From NCBI GenBank assembly GCA_038087875.1, contig JAXLNO010000065.1, forward strand, positions 62,001 through 126,000: a stretch of DNA of 64,000 bases, written 5' to 3'. This document shows positions 23,393-35,909 of the stretch, one piece after another. The position numbers and the translations under genes were made by a program. Positions within the stretch are counted from its first letter, which is position 1. Each line of letters starts with the position of its first letter. A model generated the notes under the pieces. The model made no database searches. It was not told the origin of the DNA and saw nothing but the letters and a program-made list of their open reading frames with translations. The DNA is from Malacoraja senta. Lineage: Eukaryota.

Positions 23393-26300
23393 ACTGATGT
23401 GGTCTTCCTCTGCTCCAGACAGCTTAATTAGCCCAGATTAGCAATTCCCCTTTGAAAGCAATTAATCAGTGGTCAGCAACCTTGGGACATCTCAGGGGAC
23501 TAGCAAACCCAGATTAGGGTATTTCCCCTCTAACCACTGATAAATGGCCACATTGTGGATGCACTTCAGCCTCAACTCCAACATCAAAATGGAGTACAAC
23601 ACGGTGGCACAGTGGAAGAGTTGCTGCCTTATAGTGCCACAGATCCGGATTTGATCCTGACTACAGGTGCTGTCTATATGGAGTATGTACGTTCTCCCTG
23701 TGACCTCATGGGTTCTCTCCGGGTGTTCCGGTTTCCACCTACGCTCCAAAGACGTGTCGCCTGTTATCAATTGTGTTTCAAGGGCTGGGCAACACGGAGG
23801 TAAAATAATGAGTGTAGATACAGGCCAAAGCAAGGGTAACCTATTCTTTGCAGTGTGGCCAATGGAATTCACTGAAAGTAGTCTTCAGACCTTAGTTTAG
23901 AGATACAGGATGGAAACAAGTGCCTCAGCCCACTGGCCAGTGATCACCTTGTACACCAGCAGTATCCTGCGCACTAAGGACAATTTATACCAAAGCCAAT
24001 TAACCGACAAATCGGTACGTCTTTGGAATGTGGGAGGAAACCGGAGCACCAGAGGAAAACCCACGCGAATGTACAAAAGCTGTCAGACAGCATCCGTAGA
24101 CAGGATCAAACCCAGGTGTCTGGCGCTGTAAGGCAGAAACTCCACTGTGCCGAAGTCAATAGAACCTTAGAAAGGGGAGCAAATATACACAAGTGAAAAC
24201 ATTAAAGGTAACTGCTAGCAACTTCCCTTTTCTCTCCCACACTCTCGTTCCTCCTCCCCCCCCCTCCCCCCCCCTCCCCTGTGACCCATCTAGACTCGCA
24301 CCTATTTCTCCCCTCCTTGTTTCTGCATGAAAACAGTGGAAGTAAGGCATCATCTTCCAAGCCAACCATTACTCATTGCCACAGGCACCTTTTGAATCAC
24401 TGGTTGCAAAGTCTCTGGACTTTGCATAGACCTCATCAGCCACCTCAGGACCCCCAGAACTAGAGCGGGAACAAGTCATCCAACTGGGGCGACTGATGGA
24501 AAAGAATTACTGCGAGGGGTGGGTATTTCTTGCTTGGAGGAATAAAGATGCCCATCTGTTTGGAAACGAGAGACGTAGATAGGGTAATGAACTCAAGATT
24601 CATAAATTGCTAAAAGTCTCAATATAGGTGATAAAAATGTAAACACAATTGTATCTAGTAATTGTTCATTTGCAAGAGGGTTAGAATTTAAAAGCAGAGA
24701 CATTTTTAAGCGAGAGACACCTCACTTGCAGCACTACAAATCTCTGGTTTCTGTATTTCAAAATGTCTCCAGGGGTTGTGGTAAAATTGTAAAGAAGGAG
24801 TTTTAAAGAAGCGAATCATCCTGTCATGGAAAGGTTCTGCTCTGGTTGCAGGGTCTTGACCCAAAACGTCAATAATTCATTTCTTCCCAAGATTGCTGCA
24901 CAACCTGCTGAGTTCCTCCAGCAGTTTGTTGTTTTGCTCTAGATTCCTGCATCAGCAGTCTCTTGTGTCTCCTGTCATGGAAGGTTGAATTGTCTCGGGT
25001 TGTTTTGAAAGATTGGAAGGTGACCAGAGAAAGGGCTTTAAAATTACCAAGAGAAGGGTAATCGTGGAGATGTTTCCTCCTTTGACAATGCCAGGAAAAA
25101 TGGGGGCGGTTATAAACATAAGATGGGCACTGAACACTTGGATAAGGAATTGAAGAGCGATAGCTTTATGCAGAGAGAGTGATGAGAGAGAATGGTTGAG
25201 ATGCCTACATAAAGACAGGGGAAAGAGGCATATACCTGTAGGGTAAGATAAAGAAGGTGGGGGGGGGGGGGCCCTTAAATGAGTGCAAGTGCCAGCATAG
25301 ACCAGTTGGGCTGAATGGTCTGTGTTCAGAGTCCCAGGGAACCAGGGTCTCGACCCGAAACGTCACCCATTCCTTCTCTCCAGAGATGCTACCTGTCCCG
25401 CTGAGTTACTCCAGCATTTTGTGTCTACCGTTGATTTAAAACAGCATCTGCAGTTCTTTCCTACATAAATGGTCTGTATCAGTGATAGATAAACGGTGTG
25501 CTTTTTTGAATGGGGTAACAAAGGTGCTTTAAACCTGGTGCAAAGGTACAGCTGGTGGGCCACATCTGGGAGTGGGAGCAGGAGTCAGCCATATATTTGA
25601 AGACATTAGAATTAAAGAGGCCGCACTACCCTACACACTAGGGACAATTACAGATTTCATTGAAGTCAATTAACCTACAAACCTGCACGTCTTTGGAATG
25701 TGGGAGGAAACCAGAGCACACTGAGAAAACCCATGTGGTCGTGGGGAGAGCGTAAAACTCCGTACAGGTAACACCCGTAGTCGGGATCGAACCCGAGTCT
25801 CCACCACTGTGCTGCCCTTAACGTGAGAGGCAGGAGTGTGAAGGGGATTTCAGGGGTAAATCTTTTAGAGTGGATAATAACTGGAATTGCTGCCAGAGGA
25901 GGTGGTGAAATCAGATATAACTACTATGTTTAAGAGGCATTTAGATAGACACAAAGTGCTGGAGTAACTCAGTGGGTCAGGCAACATCTGTGGAGAGAAT
26001 GAACAGCCAATGTTTTGGGTTGGGACACTTCTTCAGCCTGATGGAGTAAAGAGGAAAAAGATGGAAAAGAGAGTTGGGGTTGGTGCAAAGCACAGCAACT
26101 GATAGAGGCTGATCTTCAGTCTGACCATTTGCTCCACAGACGCTGAGTTCCTCCAGCACTTTGTGTTTTTTGTTCTCCAAAGCTGCTACCGGACCGGCTG
26201 AGTGTTTCCAGCATTTTCTTATCTTCCTTCAAGTGACATATTGATTGGGCAAGACTGGGAAACCATGAACTCTTACGTTTCTGAATAAACCATATCGATG

Positions 26301-27209
26301 CATGCAGTGTGACAAGCCGCAATTCCAGAAAGTAAAAGTGACCTTGCCATTGCGCAGTGAATGTGCTTCACTCTGCTGTGCAGTGGCTGCATTGCTTGGC
26401 TGTGTGATAGTGAATCTGCATTGTTCTGCAGTGCTTTTAGTTTTAATTTTTTACGTTTTTAATTTTAGTTTTAGAGATGCAGTGTGGAAGCTGGCTCTTC
26501 GGCCCACCAAGTCTGCGCCAACCAGCGATCCCCGTACTGACGCTACCCTACACACACTAGGGACAATTTACAATTATACCAAGCCAATTAACCTACATAC
26601 CTGTGGTCACAGGGAGAACGTGCAAACTACGTACAGACAGCACCCGCAGTCATTATCGAACCCGGACCTCTGTCGCTTCAACAGGGTAAGTTATTCAACA
26701 GGGTAAGTATAGCACACCGTCCCACCCACTGTGGGCTATACTTACCCTGTTGAATAACTGCTATTCATTTCTACCTGAGACAAGTTCTGCAGAGCTGCAG
26801 TACACGCATTGTGTTGTCTGCAAATCGCATGTAGAAATAATGAGCTGTGAACATTTCAAGATGCTTGTTATCTCCCTCCCAGGCCACGTATTTTGGTGAC
26901 AGGCCTCTCGCTGTGCTTTTTTTTTTTTCCACATCCCACATTATTGAACATGATGGGTAGCCTCTCCACTGAGATTCCCTGCTTTCCAATTAGCATCAAA
27001 TCCAAATTTGACAGTCAGATTTGCAGTTAATTAAGCTGCCCAGTAATTGACATGCAGATCACTGGGAGATGGAGTCCAGTGCTTGCGAAGCCCAGAATAC
27101 TGACTGAAGTTGTATTATTCCTTGGCAAGGCTGATACCACCCTCCAGCGTGGCCCATATTACGCTTTGTTTGACCTCAGAATCATTTCCTTTGCACAAGT
27201 TCTGAACAG

Positions 27210-27260
27210 CAAGTTGTCCTACAACTTTAGGCTGTGTACGCCATACGCAAGAAGAAGAAG
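27210..27260 (+). mobile_element. ~50-bp retroposon 3' end with (AAG)n tail
   Basis: 13-bp TSD AAGTTCTGA(A/G)CAG at 27197-27209 and 27261-27273; stem-loop AAGTTGT-CCT-ACAACTT. Confidence 0.65.
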
Positions 27261-28706
27261 AAGTTCTGAGCAGGACTTGTAGGCCGGAGCTATAGGGAAA
27301 TGTTGGGCATACTAGGACTTTATTCCTTGGGGCGCAGGTGGCTGAGGAAAAAAAGGCCCATCAGCCTAACTGGCCCACACCGACCAACATGTCCTATCTA
27401 CATAGTCCCATCTCCTACGTTTGGCCTATCCTATCCATGTATCCATCTAAATGCATCTTAAACGTTGCAATAGTACCTGCAACGTTGCAATCAACTACCT
27501 CCTCCGGCAGCTCGCTTCATACATCCATCACACTTTGTGTAAAAAGGTTACCCCTTTTGGTAGAGGTGATCTTATGGAGGTGTTGAAGATCATGAGTGGA
27601 CAGGGTGAATGCACGGAGGTTTTTACCCAGGGTAGGGGAATCCAGAACCCGAGGACATAGGTTTAAGGTGAGAGGGTAAGATTTAATAGGAACCAGAGGG
27701 GCAACATTTTCACAGAGGGTGGAACGAAATGCCAGAGGATATAGTTGAGGCAAGCACTATAACAACATTTAAAAGACAGGTGCGATATGGGCAAAATGCA
27801 GGCAAATGGGACTAGCTTAGATAGGGTACCTTGGCCACCATGGACGAGTTTGGCCGAAGCCTGCTTTCTGTGTTGTATGACACATTAGGGAAGGTGCAAT
27901 TGGCTGGCTTCCACATCCCTTATTTGCCCAGTCACCCGTTAATCACCCCATGTGGGGCGGGAGGAGGATATTTTGACTTTGTGCATCAATGTAAAATGAC
28001 TCAAAAGGGTGTAAAGTGCCCCAGCATGATCTTGATTTTTGTGTGGATACCTTGATAGCATAGAGTGGAAAGTGTTCTCCCCGTACACTAGCTCTACCCG
28101 ACACACTTATGATTTTATAATTTTACTGAAGATCTACGTCTTTGGAGTGTGGGATGAAAAGGGTGCGCCCAGAGAAAATCCACTCGATCACTCCGTACAG
28201 CCAGCACTCGTAGTCAGGATCGAACCCAGGTCTCTGGCACTGTAAGGCAGCAACTCTACCGCTGCGCCACTTTGCCGCCCATATTGTACCAGAATGCCTG
28301 GATGATGCCTTAGCTATCTTGAGAGGTTGGCCAAACTTGGATTCTTTTCTCTGGAGTGTCGAAGGCAGATTGGAGATCTGATAGATATATAAAATTATGA
28401 GAGGCATAGACACTCAGAACCTTTTTCACAGTTTGAAAATTTCCAAGACTAGAAGGCAGAGCTTTAGTGTGTGAGAGACAACATTTAAATGATACTAGAC
28501 AAAAGGGACGGATTGCATCTTAACAGGTGGGGGACCAGCATTCTGGCTGGCAGGTTTGCCACTGCTACACGGGTGGTTTTAAACTGAATAAGGGGGGTGG
28601 GGTGTCGAATGGGATAGTTGAGGATGGAGTTAAAGGGAAAGGGTTTCTTAAATGTGTGAGCGTAGAGACAGAGGGGTGTAAAATGAGGGTAGAAGCAATA
28701 GGTAGC

Positions 28707-29426
28707 TTCTTCATGGCACACCAGTCATTGAAAGTAGGCATGCAGGTGCAGCAGGCAGAGAAGAAAGCGAATGGTATGTTAGCTTTCATAGCAAAAGGAT
28801 TTGAGTATAGGAGCAGGGAGGTTCTACTGCAGTTGTACAGGGTCTTGGTGAGACCACACCTGGAGTATTGCGTACAGTTTTGGTCTCCAAATCTGAGGAA
28901 GGACATTATTGCCATAGAGGGAGTGCAGAGAAGGTTCACCAGACTGATTCCTGGGATGTCAGGACTGTCTTATGAAGAAAGACTGGATAGACTTGGTTTA
29001 TACTCTCTAGAATTTAGGAGATTGAGAGGGGATATTATAGAAACTTACAAAATTCTTAAGGGGTTGGACAGGCTAGATGCAGGAAGGTTGCTCTCGATGT
29101 TGGGGAAGTCCAGGACAAGGCGTCACAGCTTAAGGATAAGGGGGAAATCCTTTAAAACCGAGATGATAAGAACTTTTTTCACACAGAGAGTGGTGAATCT
29201 CTGGAACTCTCTGCCACAGAGGGTAGTCGAGGCCAGTTCATTGGCTATATTTAAGAGGGAGTTAGATGTGGCCCTTGTGGCTAAAGGGATCAGAGGGTAT
29301 GGAGAGAAGGCAGGTACGGGATACTGAGTTGGATGATCAGCCATGATCATATTGAATGGCGGTGCAGGCTCGAAGGGCCGAATGGCCTACTCCTGCACCT
29401 AATTTCTATGTTTCTATGTTTCTATG
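28707..29426 (+). mobile_element. Nested 3' fragment of the same CR1 family
   Basis: Near-identical to 31726-32438, with its own stop at 29327 (GTGY-stop) and own (TTTCTATG)n tail. Confidence 0.9.
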
Positions 29427-29529
29427 CAGCAAGGTGAAAAGTAAAAGTGGCAGGCAGACAAATCCAGGGCAAAAATCAAAAAGGGCCACTTTTCAACATA
29501 TTTGTATAAGGGGTAAGAGTGTTGTAAAA

Positions 29530-32343
29530 ACAAGCCTAAAGGCTTTGTGTCTCAATGCAAGGAGCATTCGTAATAAGGTGGATGAGTTGAATGTGCAGAT
29601 AGCTATTAATGACTATGATATAGTTGGGATCACGGAGACATGGCTCCAGGGTAACCAAGGCTTGGAGCTGAACATCCAGGGATATTCATTATTCAGGAGG
29701 GATAGACAGAAAGGGAAAGGAGGTGGGGTAGCGTTGCTGGTTAGAGAGCAGATTAACGCAATAGAAAGGAAGGACATTAGCTTGGAGGATGTGGAATCGA
29801 TATGGGTAGAGCTGCGAAACACTAAGGGGCAGAAAACGCTAGTGGGAGTTGTGTACAGGCCACCTAACAGTAGTAGTGGAGTTGGTGATGGCATCAAACA
29901 GGAAATTAGAAATGCGTGCAACAAAGGTAAAACAGTTATAATGGGTGACTTCAATCTACATATAGATTGGGTGAATCAAATTGGCAAGGGTGCTGAGGAA
30001 GAGGATTTCTTGGAATGTATGCGGGATAGTTTTCTAAACCAACATGTAGAGGAACCAACGAGAGAGCAGCTATTTTAGATTGGGTATTGAGTAATGAGGA
30101 AGGGTTAGTTAGCAGTATTGTTGTGCCTGGCCCCTTGGGCAAGAGTGACCATAATATGGTTGAGTTCTTCATTAGGATGGAGAGTGACATTGTTAATTCA
30201 GAAACAAGGGTCCTGAACTTAAAGAAAGGTAACTTTGAGGGTATGAGAAGTGAATTGGCCAAGATAGACTGGCAATTGATTCTTAATGGGTTGACGGTAG
30301 ATATGCAATGGAAGGCATTTAAAGACTGCATGGATGAACTACAACAATTGTTCATCCCAGTTTGGCAAAAAAAAAAATCAGGGAAGGTAGTGCATCCATG
30401 CATAACAAGGGAAATCAGGGATAGTATCAAAACAAGAGATGAAGCGTACAAATTAGCCAGAAAAAGCAGCCTACCAGAGGACTGGGAGAAATTCAGAGTC
30501 CAGCAGAGGAGGACAAAGGGTTTAATTAGGAAAGGGAAAATAGATTATGAAAGAAAACTGGCAGGGAACATAAAAACTGACTGCAAAAGCTTATATAGAT
30601 ATGTGAAGAGAAAAAGATTAGTTAAAACAAATGTAGGTCCCTTGCAGTCAGAAACAGGTGAATTGATCATGGGGAACAAGGACATGGCAGACCAATTGAA
30701 TAACTACTTTGGTTCTGTCTTCACTGAGGAAGACATAAATAATCTGCCGGAAATAGCAGGGGACCGGGGGTCAAATGAGATGGAGGAACTGAGTGAAATC
30801 CAGGTTAGCCGGGAAGTGGTGTTAGGTAAATTGAATGGATTATAGGCTGATAAATCCCCAGGGCCAGATAGGCTGCATCCCAGAGTACTTAAGGAAGTAG
30901 CCCCAGAAATAGTGGATGCATTAGTGATAATTTTTCAAAACTCTTTAGATTCTGGAGTAGTTCCTGAGGATTGGAGGGTAGCTAATGTAACCCTACTTTT
31001 TAAAAAGGGAGGGAGAGAGAAAACGGGGAATTACAGACCAGTTAGTCTAACGTCGGTAGTGGGGAAACTGCTAGAATCAGTTATTAAAGATGGGATAGCA
31101 GCACATTTGGAAAGTGGTGAAATCATTGGACAAAGTCAGCATGGATTTATGAAAGGTAAATCATGTCTGACGAATCTTATAGAATTTTTCGAGGATGTAA
31201 CTAGTAGAGTAGATAAGGGAGAACCAGTGGATGTGTTATATCTGGACTTTCAGAAGGCTTTCGACAAGGTCCCACATAAGAGATTAGTATACAAACTTAA
31301 AGCACACGGTATTGGGGGTTCAGTATTGATGTGGATAGAGAACTGGCTGGCAGACAGGAAGCAAAGAGTAGGAGTAAACGGGTCCTTTTCACAATGGCAG
31401 GCAGTGACTAGTGGGATACCGCAAAGCTCAGTGCTGGGACCCCAGCTATTTACGATATATATTAATGATTTGGACGAGGGAATTGAATGCAACATCTCCA
31501 AGTTTGCGGATGACACGAAGCTGGGGGGCAGTGTTAGCTGTGAGGAGGATGCTCAGAGGCTGCAAGGTGACTTGGATAGGCTGGGTGAGTGGGCAAATGC
31601 ATGGCAGATGCAGTATAATGCGGATAAATGTGAGGTTATCCACTTTGGTGGCAAAAACAGGAAAGTAGACTATTATCTGAATGGTGGCCGATTAGGAAAA
31701 GGGGAGATGCAACGAGACCTGGGTGTCATGGTACACCAGTCATTAAAAGTAGGCATGCAGGTGCAGCAGGCAGTGAAGAAGGCAAATGGTATGTTAGCAT
31801 TCGTAGCAAAAGGATTTGAGTATAGGAGCAGGGAGGTTCTACTGCAGTTGTACAGGGTCTTGGTGAGACCACACCTGGAGTATTGCGTACAGTTTTGGTC
31901 TCCTAATCTGAGGAAAGACATTCTTGGCATAGACGGAGTACAGAGAAGGTTCACCAGACTGATTCCTGGGATGTCAGGACTTTCATATGAAGAAAGACTG
32001 GATAGACTCGGTTTGTACTCGCTAGAATTTAGAATATTGAGGGGGGATCTTATAGAAACGTACAAAATTCTTAAGGGGTTGGACAGGCTAGATGCAGGAA
32101 GATTGTTCCCGATGTTGGGGAAGTCCAGAACAAGGGGTCACAGTTTAAGGATAAGGGGGAAAATCTTTTAGGACCGAGATGAGGAAAATATTTTTCACAC
32201 AGAGAGTGGTGAATCTCTGGAATTCTCTACCACAAAAGGTAGTTGAGGCCAGTTCATTGGCTATATTTAAGAGGGTGTTAGATGTGGCCCTTGTGGCTAA
32301 AGGGATCAGGGGATATGGAGAGAAAGCAGGTACAGGATACTGA
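29530..32343 (+). pseudogene. CR1 ORF2 (APE endonuclease + reverse transcriptase), disrupted
   Basis: EN motifs LNARSI, GITETW, GGGVAL, YRPP, MGDFN, SDHN; RT motifs YLDFQKAFDKV, GIPQSSVLGP, KFADDTKL; frameshift near 30070, stop at 30843, frameshift near 32160. Confidence 0.93.
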
Positions 32344-32438
32344 GTTGGATGATCAGCCATGATCATATTGAATGGGCGGTGCAGGCTCGAAGGGCCAAAT
32401 GGCCTACTCCTGCACCTATTTGCTATGTTTCTATGTTT

Positions 32439-33060
32439 CTAGACTAAGTGGGACCTGTTGGGTGTTGTGGGCCGAAGGGACTGGTTTCCAGAGGACAAGT
32501 ATGGACATTGTGGGCCAAATGGATTCTTAGGATGGCAGCTCAGTCACTCGGGCCTGGTGGGCTGGCAGCTCAGTCACTCAGGCCTGGTAGGCTGGCAGCT
32601 CAGTCACTCAGGCCTGGTGGGCTGGCAGATCAGTCACTCAGGCCTGGTGGGCTGGCAGCTCAGTCACTCAGGCCTGGTGGGCTGGCAACTCAGTCACTGA
32701 GGGCTGGGTGCAGGCCACCAAATTGCCAAACAACTCATTGCATTGTCATTAAGGGCTAACAAATCATTTATTGCAAGTACATTGCAGACTCACAGTTCAG
32801 TTGATTCACAGCTTGGAATCACAGTTGTGGACTCTCCCTCGCAATCTTCCATAGTGATTGACTCGCGTCCGGGGTTTTATAGTCCTGCCACCCCCCCCCC
32901 CCCCGGAAGGAGCGTTACCATCATCGTGGTGATTGACAGGTGATTGGACTAATCAGCTGATCTCAAGATTTTTTAAACACTCATAGCTTTTTTATTTTTC
33001 ATCGATCGGAAAAATCCTCGGGGCTGGCTTAGCGGAGAAGGACTGAGGAAGATGGCCAAA
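32439..33060 (-). mobile_element. Non-autonomous Helitron, 5'-truncated, with 30-bp minisatellite
   Basis: CTAGACTAAGTGGGACC terminus shared with the 49896 and 62735 copies; about 6 x GGCAGCTCAGTCACTCAGGCCTGGTGGGCT at 32533-32700. Confidence 0.8.
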
Positions 33061-34031
33061 TGGAGCACATTTTTTAAACAGAGTGTAGTGAGTGCCTAGA
33101 ACGTGCTGCCAGGGGTAGTGGTGGAGGTGGATATGATAGTGGTGTGAAAGAAGCTCTGAAGAAAGGTGTCGACCCGAAACGTCACCCATACCTTCTCGCC
33201 AGAGATGATGCCTGTCCCGCTGAGTTACTCTAGCTATTTGTGTCTATCTTCGGTTTAAACCAGCAACTGCAGTTCCTTCCTACACTTTTAGATAGGCACA
33301 TGGATATATGCAAGAAATGGAGGAATATGAATAATGTGCAGGCCGAGGAGATTCATTTCACTCGGCATCAGGTTTGGCATGGACATTATGGGGCCATTGC
33401 TGAGCTGTGCTGTTTCATGTTATATGTTTGTGGTTTGTTTGTGACACAGGATCAATTAAGTGATGGTATCCATGGGCTGCAGTTCTTATAAACTTCAATT
33501 TTACATTCAATTTGAGGGACAGGAGGATGAGTCCAAGATTGATAATTTAAACTTGTATATGGGCAATTGAAAGGGCATTGAAGCTAAAGTGGACGGGCAA
33601 CTTAGATTGAGGTGTTATGTAGTCAGGATGCATGGCAGACATTTGAAAGCATTTTTAAGAATATACATTTTGAAACATTGAGAGAGAATGCACCATTCAT
33701 TGTAATCAAAATCATTAAAGTTGGTTTTGTACGTACAGAAAAGTTTACAATTGTACACTGCTGGCAAGTCAGAAGATTAGAGGGAATATCAAAATCAATA
33801 ATGATAAAAAGACGAATAAAGAAGGAGACATTAGAACACAAGACAAAGCTGGGCAGCAATGTAAAACAGAATAAAAGTTTCAAACATATTTAGAGAAGAG
33901 TTAACACATTGTGTCTTGGTCTTTGTTTTGTATTTATTATTGTCACATTTATTGAGATACAGTGAAGAGGTTTGTTTATCCAGTCAAATCATGTAAACAC
34001 ATGAGTATAATAAAACAATGAGGTAGATTGG

Positions 34032-34164
34032 TAGTCTGAAGAAGGGTCTCGACCCGAAACGTCATCTATTTCCTTCGCTCCATAGATGCTGCCTCACCCG
34101 CTGAGTTTCTCCAGCATTTTTGTCTACCTTTGATTTTTCCAGCATCTGCAGTTCCTTCTTAAAC
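34032..34164 (+). mobile_element. Hammerhead-motif short retroposon, monomer
   Basis: Perfect 14-bp TSD ATGAGGTAGATTGG at 34018-34031 and 34165-34178; ends GCATCTGCAGTTCCTTCTTAAAC. Confidence 0.85.
34036..34063 (+). ncRNA. Minimal type I hammerhead ribozyme motif (intact core)
   Basis: CTGAAGA-A-GGGT-CTCG-ACCC-GAAA-C-GTC: CUGANGA box, helix II, GAAA box, ACGU palindrome, GUC cleavage triplet. Confidence 0.62.
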
Positions 34165-34359
34165 ATGAGGTAGATTGGAAGTTCGGGACTACATTCTAGC
34201 TGATGGGAAGACCATTCAATAGTCTGATGACAGCGGGGAAGTAGCTGTCCCTTTATCTGGTGGGTTGTGCTTTTAAGCTTTTATATCTTCTGCTCAAAAG
34301 GAGAGGAGAGAAGAGGGGATGACTGGGGTGAAAATGATCCCTGATTATGTTGTGGACGG

Positions 34360-34545
34360 TAGACAAAAGTGCTGGAGAAGCTCAGCGGGTGCAGCAGCAT
34401 CTATGGAACGAAGGAAATAGGCAACGTTTCGGGCCGAAACGTTGCCTATTTCCTTCGCTCCATAGATGCTGCTGCACCCGCTGAGTTTCTCCAGCATTTT
34501 TGTCTACCTTTGATTTTCCAGCATCTGCAGTTCCTTCTTAAACAA
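34360..34545. mobile_element. Hammerhead-family short retroposon, near-perfect hairpin form
   Basis: Perfect 14-bp TSD TATGTTGTGGACGG at 34346-34359 and 34546-34559; ~75-bp inverted arms centred on TTTCGG-G-CCGAAA (CUGA box lost). Confidence 0.85.
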
Positions 34546-35909
34546 TATGTTGTGGACGGAACTGCAGATGCTGGTTATATACTGAAGATAGATGCAAAAT
34601 ACTGGAGTGATTCAGCAGGACAGTCAGCATCTCTGGAGAGAAGAAATGGGTGATGTTTCAGGTCGAGACGTGAAGGTTTGTAGGTCAATTGGCTTTGGTA
34701 AAATTGTAAATTGTTCCTAGTGTGTAGGATAGTGCTGGTGTATGGGTGAGCACTGGTTGGCGCAGACTCATTGGGCCGAAAGGCCTGTTTTTGTGCTGTA
34801 TCTCCAATGACTAAAGTCTAAATTAACGTGCAGTGGATAACGTGGAACTGGTAGTTATACAATACATAGATTTGCAAAAGGGATATGATAAGGTGCTACA
34901 TCAAAGGTTATTGTGGGAAATGAAAGCTCATGGTTTGGGAGGCAGCATAAAAGATAAGCTGGCCAACGAGAAACAGAGAACAGGCATTTTTTCCTTTTCA
35001 CTATCCTGCAGAACATTTCAGTAATTTACATATGATTTATGTTTTGTGTGTTCTCTGAGTGTATGTGCCTGTGATGCGGCTGCAAGTAAGATTTTCACAG
35101 TGTCTCCACCCCACCATGCTTGTACGTATGACAATGAACTTGTGTAGGAAGGAGCTGCAGATGCTGGTTTATACTGAGGATAGACACAAAGTGCTGGAGT
35201 AACTCAGTGGGTTAGGCAGCATCTCTGGAGGGAAAGGATGGGCGACTCTGTAAACTTGACTTGTGCCCAATGCCATGGATCTTTAGGAGCAGCAAGGGTT
35301 TCTTCTGCCTTTTTGTGAGAAATATTTCTCACCAGATCTTTATCTTTCTGGAAAAGAAAATTGTGTGCGCTTTTCTTTTGCCTGCTGTGAATCTAACAGG
35401 GCTCATGTTTTTTTCATCAGGTGTTGCAGATGTCTGTCTATCTGTCTGCTTTCCTCTTTCTCACTTCTCCCCATTCCTCCCTCTCTCCATTGTCATTGAT
35501 ACAGGCTGCACAAGATGTGCAGGGCTGCTCTGTAATGAATTCCTCTGTGGCTACGCGCATACACACACACAAAATCTCCTCACCTCATTACAGAGCTCAA
35601 AGGTGTCAAATTAAAACATGTCCAGTAGGAGGAAGAATTGAGTGGAAAGGACAAGGGAGAGGGAGGGGGAGCGGGGGTTGGGGGGGGGATGGGATAATGA
35701 GTTTGGAATTGGAAATTCAGGACGCCTGACTGAAAAGCAGAAATGTCTGTAGTTTGCGTCGCGCGTTAACCCCAAGCTTTTTTGTGAACATCCATGAATT
35801 TCCAGAATCAAACTGCGAGACTGCGACCACGGGTCAGGCAGTTTATGTGGAGAGAGAACCCCGTTTCGAATCTGCGGCCCTTCGTTAGAACTGGGGAAAG
35901 GAGAGATTG

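Larger units (their letters stand above)
28501..32438 (+). mobile_element. Young CR1 (HER1-like) LINE, 5'-truncated within ORF1
   Basis: Starts with the ORF1 esterase end KRDGLHLNRWGT...VLN-stop; ORF2 EN+RT; (TTTCTATG)n tail; CTAGAC repeated at 28495-28500 and 32439-32444. Confidence 0.93.

Noticed and set aside
32448..32759. Repetitive peptide LAAQSLRPGG
   Set aside because: Translation of a 30-bp minisatellite inside a Helitron
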